From an uncultured Nitrospira sp. (GTDB taxonomy: Bacteria; Nitrospirota; Nitrospiria; Nitrospirales; Nitrospiraceae): a DNA stretch of 64,000 bases. This document shows positions 1 to 9,706 of this stretch, one piece after another. How positions within the stretch are numbered: position 1 is the stretch's first letter; each line of letters opens with the position of its first letter. The stretch covers positions 17,412 to 81,411 of the forward strand of contig CABVRZ010000007.1 in NCBI GenBank assembly GCA_902500775.1, in the 5' to 3' direction. The notes beneath the pieces were generated by a model. That model did not search any database. It had not been told where the DNA came from and was given only the letters and a program-made list of their open reading frames with translations. The position numbers and the translations under genes were made by a program.

Positions 1-450
1 AGTGGCCGGGATGCGACCTTGCGAGTCGTCTGTTCAAAAGGCACGTATGTGCGTACGCTCTGTGCGGATATTGGTCACGCATTAGGTGTTGGGGGACATC
101 TCTTAACGCTGGAACGGCGCCGTGTGGGGCCACTCATGATTGAGCAGGCCTTGACGATCGACCAAGTTGCCTCTTACCTGAAGGCCGATACGCTCTCATC
201 GCAGTTTCTATCGCTGGATGAACTCCTCTTCGAATTCCCCACGGTGGTCGTTAACGAGGAGCAGGCACAACGGGTCTTACACGGGGCAGCAGTGTCTCCG
301 GTGCGCGATGGGCAGCCTGTTGCCTCCCGTGGGGAGGGCATCGTGCGACTGAAAGATGAAGCTGGGCGACTGTTGGCAATTGGAACTCATGACCGGACCG
401 GTCTGGGAGCGATTAAAGTGCGTAAAGTATTAAGTCTCTCGAGTCATTAA
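1..450 (+). CDS. truB: tRNA pseudouridine(55) synthase TruB, C-terminal part (5' end outside window)
   Basis: Frame 1 is open from base 1. Motif [38 protein letters not shown]-like C-terminus, and position upstream of rpsO-pnp. Confidence 0.92.
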   Translation, partial: SGRDATLRVVCSKGTYVRTLCADIGHALGVGGHLLTLERRRVGPLMIEQALTIDQVASYLKADTLSSQFLSLDELLFEFPTVVVNEEQAQRVLHGAAVSPVRDGQPVASRGEGIVRLKDEAGRLLAIGTHDRTGLGAIKVRKVLSLSSH

Positions 451-466
451 TGGAGAAGGAGTGGTT

Positions 467-736
467 ATGGCGTTATTGAAGGAAGCAAAAGCAGCACTGA
501 TTCAAGAATATCAGCAGCACGACAAAGATTCCGGCTCTCCGGAAGTCCAAATAGCCGTCTTGACGAATCGCATTACCTATCTGACCGAGCATTTTAAGAC
601 TCACAAGAAAGACCATCACTCGCGGCGTGGGTTGTTACAACTGGTCGGACGACGGCGTCGGTTGTTGGACTATCTTCGCGGAGTGAATGACGCTCGTTAC
701 CGGGTGATTATCGATCGTCTCGGTATACGTAAGTAA
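467..736 (+). CDS. rpsO: 30S ribosomal protein S15
   Basis: [16 protein letters not shown]...[28 protein letters not shown] at 467 follows a GGAGAAGGAG SD. Confidence 0.97.
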   Translation: MALLKEAKAALIQEYQQHDKDSGSPEVQIAVLTNRITYLTEHFKTHKKDHHSRRGLLQLVGRRRRLLDYLRGVNDARYRVIIDRLGIRK

Positions 737-956
737 CCGGTCGGCACCATAACGGCGTGGACCGGCGCCGTAGCATTACTCGCATGTCCCACAGATGAAC
801 ACCGACATGCGCTCTGTTCCTGTACTGCCCGGCGAAAAACGCCCACCAATCGGCGGTGGATGCATCGCCTATGTACGTGATCGACTGAGCGGCAAAGATC
901 ATCGATCAGAGCGTATCTCAGTGGGCATCTGTGGACCCAACCAGAGGAGACCATAG

Positions 957-3074
957 ATGATACATGTAGTAGAAGTAGAGATTGCCGGTCGTACCCTTCG
1001 CCTTGAAACCGGTCGAGTCGCGAAACAGGCCGATGGCTCAATTTGGGCCTCGTACGGTGATACGGTAATCCTGGCAACGGCTGTTTCGTCGCAAACCGCC
1101 AAGCCTGGGATAGACTTTCTTCCCTTGACGGTCGACTACCAGGAAAAGGCCTATGCGGCCGGCAAGATTCCGGGAGGCTATTTTAAACGAGAAGGTCGAC
1201 CGGCTGAGAAGGAGGTCTTGACCAGCCGATTGATTGATCGCCCTCTTCGTCCGCTCTTTCCCGAAGGCTTTTATTTCGAAACCCAGGTTATTGCCTCCGT
1301 CCTCTCAGCTGATAAGACGGGGTCATCCGACGTGATCGGAATTACTGCCGCGTCAGCGGCACTGGCCGTGTCCAATATTCCATTCAACGGTCCCGTCGCC
1401 GGAGTGAAGATCGGCTCGATTAAGGGCCAGCTCGTCGTGAATCCAGACCTCGAAACCATGGAACAGAGCGACCTTCACCTTGTGGTTGCTGGGACTGCCG
1501 ATGCGGTCATGATGGTGGAGGCAGGTGCCAATGAGCTGTCCGAACAAACCATGCTGCAGGCGTTGGAACTGGCTCACAGCGAGATCAAGAAGATTGTTCA
1601 GAAGATAGATGAATTGGCTAAGAAAGTGGGACGCGTCAAACGGCAAGTGGTGGAGGAGTCGATTGAACCTTCCCTGCAGGCTGAGATAAAAGCGCTGGTG
1701 GCGCAGCCGATTCGCGACGCGATTATGATTGCGAATAAAACGGCGCGGCAGGAGCGATTGGATCAGATTCTTGCAGAAACCATTCAGAAGCTTCAGAAAC
1801 CGGAAGATGCATCACGCGAGCGCCATGTCAAGATCGTCTTTCATCAACTGGAGTACACAGAAGTCCGGAAAATGATTTTGGAGAAACAGTCGCGGGCGGA
1901 CGGCCGTGGGCCATCCGATATCCGGCCGATCACCTGTGAAGTCGGAGCCTTGCCGCGTGCGCATGGCTCGGCCATCTTTACTCGAGGGGAGACCCAGAGT
2001 CTGGCAGTCGTGACCTTGGGGACGACGGACGATGAGCAGCGGATTGATGCGTTAGAAGGGGAGTACACCCGTACATTCATGCTGCATTACAACTTCCCGC
2101 CCTTCAGTGTCGGTGAAGCGCGACCGCTTCGCTCACCAGGTAGACGTGAAGTCGGCCACGGCGCATTGGCGGAGCGGGCGTTGAAACCTGTCATCCCCAC
2201 TAAGGAGGTGTTCCCGTACACCCTGCGCATTGTTTCCGAGATTCTGGAATCCAATGGGTCCTCCTCGATGGCCACAGTCTGTGGCGGAACGTTGGCCATG
2301 ATGGACGCGGGTGTTCCAATCAAGGAGCCCGTTGCCGGTATTGCGATGGGGCTCATTAAAGAAGGAAACGATGTGATTATCTTGTCCGACATTCTCGGCC
2401 TTGAAGATCACTTGGGTGATATGGACTTCAAAGTGTGCGGGACGAAGAACGGGGTGACCGCACTTCAAATGGACATCAAGATTGGTGGGATTACCACCAC
2501 CTTGATGCAGCAGGCGTTGGAACAAGCCCGATCGGGGCGTCTGCACATTCTGGGCCGCATGGCGAACGCGCTCCAGGGTCCACGCACCGAACTCTCAACC
2601 TTCGCACCTCGCATCCACACGATGAAGGTCAAACAGGACAAAATACGGGATATCATCGGGCAGGGAGGGAAGACGATCCGCGGGATTCAAGCCGATTGTG
2701 GCGTCAAGATCAGCGTTGAAGACAGCGGGATTGTCACGATCGCATCCTCGGACGGTGAATCTCTCCAGAAAGCCAAGGACATCATCAACCGCTTGACCGA
2801 GGAAGTCGAAGTCGGGAAGGTCTATTCTGGGACAGTAAGAAAGATCATGGACTTCGGCGCCTTCGTCGAGGTCTTGCCGGGTACAGACGGACTTGTGCAC
2901 ATCTCTCAGCTCGCCCATCATCGCGTGAAGTCCGTTTCAGATGAGGTGGCTGAGGGAGACCAAATTCAGGTCAAAGTGCTTGAAATCGATAAACAGGGGA
3001 AAATCCGTCTCAGTCGGAAAGAAACCATCCCGGCGCCGACCACCGGTGGTGCACCAGATCCAGCAGGTGGGTAA
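957..3074 (+). CDS. pnp: Polyribonucleotide nucleotidyltransferase (PNPase)
   Basis: Two RNase PH domains (RGETQSL, ESNGSSSMATVC, DMDFKV), then KH (IGQGGKTIRGI) and S1 domains; 705 aa. Confidence 0.98.
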   Translation: MIHVVEVEIAGRTLRLETGRVAKQADGSIWASYGDTVILATAVSSQTAKPGIDFLPLTVDYQEKAYAAGKIPGGYFKREGRPAEKEVLTSRLIDRPLRPLFPEGFYFETQVIASVLSADKTGSSDVIGITAASAALAVSNIPFNGPVAGVKIGSIKGQLVVNPDLETMEQSDLHLVVAGTADAVMMVEAGANELSEQTMLQALELAHSEIKKIVQKIDELAKKVGRVKRQVVEESIEPSLQAEIKALVAQPIRDAIMIANKTARQERLDQILAETIQKLQKPEDASRERHVKIVFHQLEYTEVRKMILEKQSRADGRGPSDIRPITCEVGALPRAHGSAIFTRGETQSLAVVTLGTTDDEQRIDALEGEYTRTFMLHYNFPPFSVGEARPLRSPGRREVGHGALAERALKPVIPTKEVFPYTLRIVSEILESNGSSSMATVCGGTLAMMDAGVPIKEPVAGIAMGLIKEGNDVIILSDILGLEDHLGDMDFKVCGTKNGVTALQMDIKIGGITTTLMQQALEQARSGRLHILGRMANALQGPRTELSTFAPRIHTMKVKQDKIRDIIGQGGKTIRGIQADCGVKISVEDSGIVTIASSDGESLQKAKDIINRLTEEVEVGKVYSGTVRKIMDFGAFVEVLPGTDGLVHISQLAHHRVKSVSDEVAEGDQIQVKVLEIDKQGKIRLSRKETIPAPTTGGAPDPAGG

Positions 3075-3077
3075 CAC

Positions 3078-4355
3078 TTGTATCGCAAGGCCATCCTCAA
3101 TAACGGGATTCGCTTGGTCACCGAGCGAATCCCGACCGTCAAGTCCGTCACCATAGGTGTTTGGGTGAATACCGGCTCTCGGGACGAACGTCCCGAAGAA
3201 GCCGGGTATTCTCACTTTATCGAGCATATGCTGTTTAAAGGAACGGCATCACGCTCTGCAACGGACATCTCCCGTGAAATTGACGCACTCGGTGGAGAAA
3301 TGAATGCGTTTACCACGCGGGAGACGACGACCTTCTATGTCAAAGTTCTTGATCAGCATCTGCCTCAAGCCTTAGACCTTCTCTCGGACCTCTTCTTTCG
3401 TTCTCGCCTCTACCAAAAGGAAATTGAAAAAGAGAAGCAGGTCGTGCTCGAGGAAATTCGCATGGTGCAAGATGATCCCGAGGATCTCATTCAAGAGTTA
3501 CACGCCAAGTTGGTGATGGGCACGCATCCCTTGAGTCGTCCCATCCTTGGGAAAGCATCCACCATTGTTCACATTCGTCGTCAAGATCTCCTCGAGTACA
3601 TGAATCGACATTATCGCCCGGAAGGTATCGTTGTGGCCGTTGCTGGGAACTTTGATCAACAGAAGCTTGAGAAAATGATGACCCGACTCTTTGGACGCTA
3701 CCAGGCTTCGAAGGCCACCGATTCAGGAGCACGTTGGCCAGCTGAGCTGCATAGCGGTGTGACCCTGAAACAGAAGCCCTTAGAGCAGGTCCATCTCTGC
3801 GTGGGGCTTCAAGGGATCGCCGCCGGCCATAAGGATCGATATGTGATCTATGCCCTCAACAGCGTTTTAGGTGGGAGCGTGAGCTCGCGACTGTTCCAAG
3901 AGATCAGGGAGAAACGTGGTTTATCGTACTCCATTTACTCCTTCTTGTCGGGGTATTCTGATACTGGGACCGTCACCGTGTATGCCGGGACACGAGCCAG
4001 CGAAGTTGCGCGTGTTCTGGACCTGATTCATCGAGAAATTCAGAAAATGGCTCGCCGGGGAATGACCACTGAGGAACTCAAACGGACCAAGGAGCAAATG
4101 AAAGGCGGTCTGATGTTGAGTTTGGAGAGTTCGCATAGCCGCATGAACAAACTTGCTAAGGACGAACTCATTGCCGGCACCCATACCTCCTTAGAGGAAA
4201 TGATCTCAGAAATTGACGCCGTGACGGAACAGCAGGTCAGCCGAGTGGCACGCGCTCTGTTTACAACCGAGCATATAGCAGTGACAGGTTTGGGACCGCT
4301 TTCATCACAGCAGATCAAGCTGTTAGAGAAACGGGTTCCTCTGTCGATGACCTAA
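3078..4355 (+). CDS. M16 family (insulinase-like) zinc metallopeptidase
   Basis: Inverted zinc motif HFIEH, GSRDE, EMNAFT and SSRLFQEIREKRGLSYSI. TTG start 3 bp after pnp. Confidence 0.92.
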   Translation: MYRKAILNNGIRLVTERIPTVKSVTIGVWVNTGSRDERPEEAGYSHFIEHMLFKGTASRSATDISREIDALGGEMNAFTTRETTTFYVKVLDQHLPQALDLLSDLFFRSRLYQKEIEKEKQVVLEEIRMVQDDPEDLIQELHAKLVMGTHPLSRPILGKASTIVHIRRQDLLEYMNRHYRPEGIVVAVAGNFDQQKLEKMMTRLFGRYQASKATDSGARWPAELHSGVTLKQKPLEQVHLCVGLQGIAAGHKDRYVIYALNSVLGGSVSSRLFQEIREKRGLSYSIYSFLSGYSDTGTVTVYAGTRASEVARVLDLIHREIQKMARRGMTTEELKRTKEQMKGGLMLSLESSHSRMNKLAKDELIAGTHTSLEEMISEIDAVTEQQVSRVARALFTTEHIAVTGLGPLSSQQIKLLEKRVPLSMT

Positions 4356-4456
4356 TCGCGAGAAAGTATGAGAGCATCAAACCCTGTAAGCTATTGTTTT
4401 CCTATTGCTCTTCATAGTATTTTTGATGCTAAGGCTTTACGTGAGGAAACACGCTC

Positions 4457-4485
4457 TTGACAGGACAGCTCAGTTTCAGTACCGT
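4457..4485 (+). promoter_or_regulatory. Candidate sigma70 promoter for the exported-protein pair
   Basis: TTGACA (4457-4462), 17-bp spacer, TACCGT (4480-4485). An IHF-like TAAGCTATTGTTT lies at 4387-4399. Confidence 0.55.
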
Positions 4486-4650
4486 TCCACCACAATTATC
4501 TTGGTTTGTGGTTTCTAAATTGGGCATCGAAAGCCTACAAGGCAACTGGGTTTCTAAGAAAATAGTTTACGGCGTTAACGATGATCAGCTGAATGTGATC
4601 AACAACTTACAAAGACACTTGTAATTAATCTGATGAAGGAGGGACGAGGT

Positions 4651-5166
4651 ATGAAAAGGGTTGTCATTCTAGCTGCCGCCGCAGTCTGTATCAGTTTCGG
4701 CTTGCTAGCGACCGAATTTTCATTCGCTGCTGGGGCTATTGAGCACCTTGGTCTTGCGGATGCTGTCGTTGGAGGGAAGCCAATGAAGGCCGAAGCTGCG
4801 GTCAAGACGCTGCAGGGCCGTGTATGGTCTCAGTGGGCGGATAACCCCGATGGAGAACTGTTGTTCGGGATTCAGTACTGGAATTCTGGAGACCAAGGAT
4901 CCGGAGAGGGGGGTGGTCGCTCATCGACCATGCTCGACGTGAAGCCACCCGATCCTCTCTTTACCTGCTGTGCCTGGGGGTTTGTCGGAGGTACCGAGAA
5001 GAACTCGGCTTATTCAGGCTGGTATCATGCAGCCACAACGGTTCGCCTTGCCGTGAAGGATAAGGCCCTGATGGATAAGATTATCAAGGCCTCACAAGAA
5101 TTGGTCGCCATGGAGGTCACCCTCGACGGTCGAACCATCACCGGCTTCAAGATATTGAAAGACTAA
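4651..5166 (+). CDS. Exported protein of unknown function (Sec signal peptide)
   Basis: ATG at 4651 after GGAGGGACGAGG. Signal MKRVVILAAAAVCISFGLLATEFSFA. Contains a vicinal CC. No recognised family. Confidence 0.75.
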   Translation: MKRVVILAAAAVCISFGLLATEFSFAAGAIEHLGLADAVVGGKPMKAEAAVKTLQGRVWSQWADNPDGELLFGIQYWNSGDQGSGEGGGRSSTMLDVKPPDPLFTCCAWGFVGGTEKNSAYSGWYHAATTVRLAVKDKALMDKIIKASQELVAMEVTLDGRTITGFKILKD

Positions 5167-5210
5167 CTACTTCTTTAGTCCAGCACGTTGATGTGAAGGA
5201 GGACGTGATT

Positions 5211-5873
5211 ATGATGTTTTCGAAACAAGGTGGAGCCATCTTGGCCGCCGTGGCCCTCGTAGTCAGTATGGTGTCGAGCGCCTCGGCCATTGAATCATTT
5301 CAAGAGCGATTCGAGTGGGGTGACATGAGCAAGCCCACCACGATCCAGGGGCGAGTGATTGTCTTAGATCCCTACGATGAAGCCGTGTGGATTAATGTGG
5401 CCGTGTTCGGAGGGAATGCCGAGAGCGGCTTATACTGGCAGAAAGTTCATCCTGGCAAGACCCTGAAGTTCTATGCCGAGAAATCTGCTTGGCAAGAACT
5501 GCAGAAAATGGGGCGTGTGCATGCAGGACCGGCTGCTGCGAAAGAAGTCCCGCCTGGGAGCACGACAGATCTGATTGAGTTTGTCGTAACAGAAACCGAA
5601 CAGAACCATCGTGTGATTTCTGCGCTGAAGAAGATTCCCGAGGTCTCCGGCGTGATGGGGAAGCCGCTGAGTATTTCTGCGCTTCGTCTCAAGGAATGCA
5701 CTGGGAAAAGCGAATTCGATTCAGGCTGCGCGAGGGCCATGGGGACTCTCAATAGCTCTCCGGTGACACCGGATGGAAGCAATGTAGGGATGCAATATGA
5801 TGTCATGATTCCAGGCGGGAAAACCGTCGGGGGGTTGATTCATTCAACCGCACCGTATAACCAAGCGCATTGA
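5211..5873 (+). CDS. Exported protein of unknown function (Sec signal peptide), distant paralogue of the upstream gene
   Basis: AAGGAGG SD at 5196-5202. Signal ends in SSASA. Two Cys (C-x9-C). Followed by a terminator. Confidence 0.78.
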   Translation: MMFSKQGGAILAAVALVVSMVSSASAIESFQERFEWGDMSKPTTIQGRVIVLDPYDEAVWINVAVFGGNAESGLYWQKVHPGKTLKFYAEKSAWQELQKMGRVHAGPAAAKEVPPGSTTDLIEFVVTETEQNHRVISALKKIPEVSGVMGKPLSISALRLKECTGKSEFDSGCARAMGTLNSSPVTPDGSNVGMQYDVMIPGGKTVGGLIHSTAPYNQAH

Positions 5874-5892
5874 CAACTTGTCAGAGGATCTT

Positions 5893-5932
5893 GAGGGCGG
5901 CCTTCCTCCAGGAATGCCGCCCTCTTTATTTT
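5893..5932 (+). terminator. Rho-independent terminator
   Basis: GAGGGCGGC (5893-5901) pairs with GCCGCCCTC (5916-5924), with an inner TTCC/GGAA stem, then TTTATTTT. Confidence 0.8.
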
Positions 5933-6147
5933 AAAGGTGAATGCGTGGTCGCCAGCGGACGTACGATCAGAAATTCTCCTCGCCACGAACGAATTCCTCT
6001 GCTGCAATTGGAAAGCCGTCGTCAGGTTCAACCGTAACGGTAGCTGAAAACTGACAACGCAAAGCATGATGGATCACCGTTTTTAGGAAATGCGGTTTGG
6101 CCAAGACCCAATATCCAAGGGACCGGCCAAGTGCAATGGAAGGTGGA

Positions 6148-8814
6148 CTATTGACTACCCGCTGGCTCGATGGTGTCGAGTCTAGCCATCCGTTGCAGCT
6201 CAGCGAGGCGATTGAGGGCGTCGAGTGGGGTTATTGAGAACAGGTCGATCTGTTTCACCTCCTCTATGACTGGGTGGGGCAGAGGTAGAGGAAGAGTTGG
6301 GGAAGAGTGTTGTGATGGAACGGAAGTCGAGATGGTCGGAGAAGACTCGGGCCGTTCGAGCTGCGACAAGACAGCTTGAGCGCGACCAACCACCTCTGGG
6401 GGCAGCCCAGCGAGTTTGGCGACATGAATGCCATAGCTGCGATCAGCTTTACCGGCTATGATTTTTCGCAGAAAGACAATGTCCCCATCCCGTTCCTGAA
6501 CGGCCACGCGATAGTTCTTAATTCCTATGCGCTGGGATTCTAATTGAGTCATTTCATGATAGTGAGTGGCGAAGAGTGTACGCGCACCGAGCCTGGTACA
6601 GTCATGGATATGCTCCGCAATGGCCCATGCGAGGCTAAGTCCATCGTAGGTGCTGGTTCCACGACCGATTTCATCGAGTAAGAGCAAGCTCCGTTGTGTG
6701 GCATTCTGGAGGATATGGGCAGTTTCAACCATTTCAACCATGAACGTACTCTGTCCACCAGCCAGGTTGTCAGAGGCGCCAACCCGGGTGAAGATACGAT
6801 CGGTTACACCAATGTAAGCTTCTGTTGCAGGGACGAAGCTTCCGATCTGGGCCATCAGCACAATCAAGGCTACCTGACGAAGATAGGTGCTCTTTCCAGC
6901 CATATTGGGGCCGGTCATAATGAGCAGACGATCAGTTCCCAGATCCAGTATCGTGTCGTTTGGCACAAAGACTGAATCATGACAGATTCGCTCAACAACG
7001 GGATGCCGACCCTCCCTGATCGTAATGGCTCCCCCATCTGTAACCGTCGGCTTCGAGTAACGGTAGAGCGCTGCCGCTTCAGCTAAACCGGCTAACACAT
7101 CAATCTGAGCCAACAGAATCGCCATTCTATCCAGACGATGTGTCTCAGAAGCCAATCGGGACCGGAGCGCGGTGAAGGCCTCCTGTTCAGAAGCGAGGAG
7201 TTTTACATCAGCGCCGATCACTCGTTCTTCCAGTTCTTGGAGCGCCGTCGTCGTAAAACGTTCTGCATTGACCAGGGTTTGCTTTCGAGTGTAGTCCAGT
7301 GGTATGCGGCTCAGATTGGCTTTGGTAATCTCAATGTAATACCCAAAGACCTGATTATAGCGAACCTTTAACGACTCAATTCCGGTTCGTTCACGCTCGC
7401 TACTTTCTAACGCGGCAATCCATTCCTTCCCTTCCGTACTGGCTTTGCGAAGTTCATCGATATGCGAGGCATAGCCCTCTCTAATGATGTTGCCGTCGCG
7501 TATGGTAGGTGGAGCGTCAGGACGGATTGCTCGTTCAATCAGATCATACAGATCCTCAGCTGGATCCCAGGTTTCAATGGACTCGATCAGCAATCGACTG
7601 CGAAGTGATGACAGCTGGGCGGAAATCTCTGGCAGGGCCGCAAGCGACTGCTTCAAGGCCAGCAACTCACGTGGGCCAGCCAAACCAAGGGTGATACGTG
7701 TGCCCAGCCGTGCGATATCCTGGACATCCCGCAGAGCCCGTCGCAGGGAGGTTCGTACGAGTGAGGCCTCCTTGAGCTCCTCAACGGCATCAAGGCGCGC
7801 GTGGATCAGATCACAGCGAAGAAGTGGCATGACGAGCCACTGACGCAACAGGCGACACCCCATTGCAGTAACTGTGTGATCCATCACAGCCATCAGCGTT
7901 AAGGGATCGGTTGAGGGAGTATGCTCATTGGCACCGATTGGTTTTAGGAGTTCCAAATTCCGAATAGTCGCACCATCGAGGTGCATCACGTCGTTGTTTC
8001 CTCGAATGCTGAGGCGACGAATGTGAGCGAAAGGCACGGTTGGTTGGGTCTCACGGAAATACTCCAGCACCGCCCCGGCTGCGCCAATGCCAGCTGTCAG
8101 TCCGTGACAGCCTAAACTTTCGAGGGAGTTGCAGTGAAAATGGCTCAACAAGATGTGGGTAGCCTGCTGTGGGGCAAATGGAGCAGACGGACGTTCACAC
8201 AAGCGTGGGCCAGTGATCTGCCTGAGCCACCCTAAACTACGACGTTCAAAGCCTGTCGGGAAGATCAACTCCCGGGGATCAAGCCGAGACAGTTCATCGA
8301 GGACCTGGATCACTGCCTGTGGACCTCCAAATTCCATCGCCCAAAACTCTCCGGTCGACACCTCGAGGACAGCGAGGCCGAGGCGCTCGCCAAAATCAGG
8401 ATCCGAATGGACCGCAATGGAGGCGAGATAGTTCAACTCTCCTGGGATCAGGAACTCGGTGTCCACTAGGGTGCCAGGCGTATACAGTCGGACGACTTCG
8501 CGTCGGACCAGTCCCTTGGCAGATTGAGGGTCCTCCACTTGTTCGCATAGGGCAACCAAACGTCCGGCCTTTAGTAGCTTGGCAATGTAGCCGATGGCCG
8601 AATGATAGGGGACACCACACAGCGGGATTGGTTGAGAACTGTTCTTGTCTCGGGAGGTTAATGCGATAGAGAGGAGCCGAGAAGCCTCTATTGCGTCTTC
8701 ATAGAACATCTCATAAAAATCACCGACGCGAAAAAATAAAATTGCATCGGGGTATCCCTGCTTGATGTCTCGAAACTGCCGCATGAGAGGGCTGAGGGCT
8801 GTGTCACTCATCAC
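6148..8814 (-). CDS. mutS: DNA mismatch repair protein MutS
   Basis: FFRVGDFYEMF N-terminus, Walker A TGPNMAGKSTYLRQ, DEIGRGTSTYDG and FATHYHE. Confidence 0.98.
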   Translation of the reverse strand: MMSDTALSPLMRQFRDIKQGYPDAILFFRVGDFYEMFYEDAIEASRLLSIALTSRDKNSSQPIPLCGVPYHSAIGYIAKLLKAGRLVALCEQVEDPQSAKGLVRREVVRLYTPGTLVDTEFLIPGELNYLASIAVHSDPDFGERLGLAVLEVSTGEFWAMEFGGPQAVIQVLDELSRLDPRELIFPTGFERRSLGWLRQITGPRLCERPSAPFAPQQATHILLSHFHCNSLESLGCHGLTAGIGAAGAVLEYFRETQPTVPFAHIRRLSIRGNNDVMHLDGATIRNLELLKPIGANEHTPSTDPLTLMAVMDHTVTAMGCRLLRQWLVMPLLRCDLIHARLDAVEELKEASLVRTSLRRALRDVQDIARLGTRITLGLAGPRELLALKQSLAALPEISAQLSSLRSRLLIESIETWDPAEDLYDLIERAIRPDAPPTIRDGNIIREGYASHIDELRKASTEGKEWIAALESSERERTGIESLKVRYNQVFGYYIEITKANLSRIPLDYTRKQTLVNAERFTTTALQELEERVIGADVKLLASEQEAFTALRSRLASETHRLDRMAILLAQIDVLAGLAEAAALYRYSKPTVTDGGAITIREGRHPVVERICHDSVFVPNDTILDLGTDRLLIMTGPNMAGKSTYLRQVALIVLMAQIGSFVPATEAYIGVTDRIFTRVGASDNLAGGQSTFMVEMVETAHILQNATQRSLLLLDEIGRGTSTYDGLSLAWAIAEHIHDCTRLGARTLFATHYHEMTQLESQRIGIKNYRVAVQERDGDIVFLRKIIAGKADRSYGIHVAKLAGLPPEVVGRAQAVLSQLERPESSPTISTSVPSQHSSPTLPLPLPHPVIEEVKQIDLFSITPLDALNRLAELQRMARLDTIEPAGSQ

Positions 8815-9148
8815 CGAAATGTCTCGCTGGTCCCAACTCCGTCGGTGCGGGTGTCCGTCCGGACACTTTTTCCAGTGACTGTCGAAGTCGCTCCAAGTCC
8901 ACCTCCGCTTGCTGTAACGCCTTTGTCTTTCGACGGAGCTGAATACGGCTGCGCACCCAAGGAGGACACAGAAGGATCGCAGAAACCAAGAAGCCTACAC
9001 CGAACCCAGCCATGACGGGCTTATAAATCGGTGTGGAGGCTTCAAGCAGGCCGAAGAAATAGCGCAGGGTCACGTCCTGTTCCTGGTTTTGTAGGACGAA
9101 TGCCAGTGAAAGTAGCAGGAGGATGCCGACAAGAATCAGTCTCGTCAT
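8804..9148 (-). CDS. LapA (lipopolysaccharide assembly protein A) domain membrane protein
   Basis: Two TM helices flanking AFVLQNQEQDVTLRYFFG, then a basic coiled-coil tail. Overlaps tsaE and mutS. Confidence 0.75.
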   Translation of the reverse strand: MTRLILVGILLLLSLAFVLQNQEQDVTLRYFFGLLEASTPIYKPVMAGFGVGFLVSAILLCPPWVRSRIQLRRKTKALQQAEVDLERLRQSLEKVSGRTPAPTELGPARHFGDE

Positions 9149-9696
9149 CGGCTGGGAGCCTTTCTCTTCTCGGTGCGTTGAGGCCGTGGCAGCCCATCGC
9201 GTCTGTGTGCGGACGGCCAGACTCTTCTGATACGTGACAATAGCGAACGTGATCGTGCACCCTGTGCAACGAACTGAACGGATCGAGTTGAGAAGGTCCT
9301 GTGAAACAATCGGACTTCAAGTCGATCAGAAGGGAGTAGGCCTGGAAATCGATCGGCCCACTCAATAGCCGTCACGACATCGTCAGCAAAGACTTCCGCG
9401 AGGCCAATGGCCTCGGCTTCTTCGGAACTCCTCAATCGGTAGAGATCCATATGAATCAATGGGAGTCGCCCTTGGTATTGGTGCATCAGCATGAAGGTTG
9501 GACTCGCCACGGAGTTGGGGGGGGCCTCAAGGCCTGAAACGATTCCGTGAACCAACGCGGTCTTGCCAGCCCCCAGATCACCGATCAATGCAATCACATC
9601 TCCTTCGCGAAGGACCTGTCCGATGGCTTTGCCCATCAGCTCTGTGTTACGAAGCGACGTGAGGACAAGGCCACGGGAGCCTGCTGGACGAGCCAT
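9145..9696 (-). CDS. tsaE: tRNA threonylcarbamoyladenosine biosynthesis ATPase TsaE
   Basis: LIGDLGAGKT, VASPTFMLMHQY, HMDLYRL and IEWADR. Confidence 0.95.
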   Translation of the reverse strand: MARPAGSRGLVLTSLRNTELMGKAIGQVLREGDVIALIGDLGAGKTALVHGIVSGLEAPPNSVASPTFMLMHQYQGRLPLIHMDLYRLRSSEEAEAIGLAEVFADDVVTAIEWADRFPGLLPSDRLEVRLFHRTFSTRSVQFVAQGARSRSLLSRIRRVWPSAHRRDGLPRPQRTEKRKAPSR

Positions 9697-9706
9697 AGGG
9701 ATCCCG

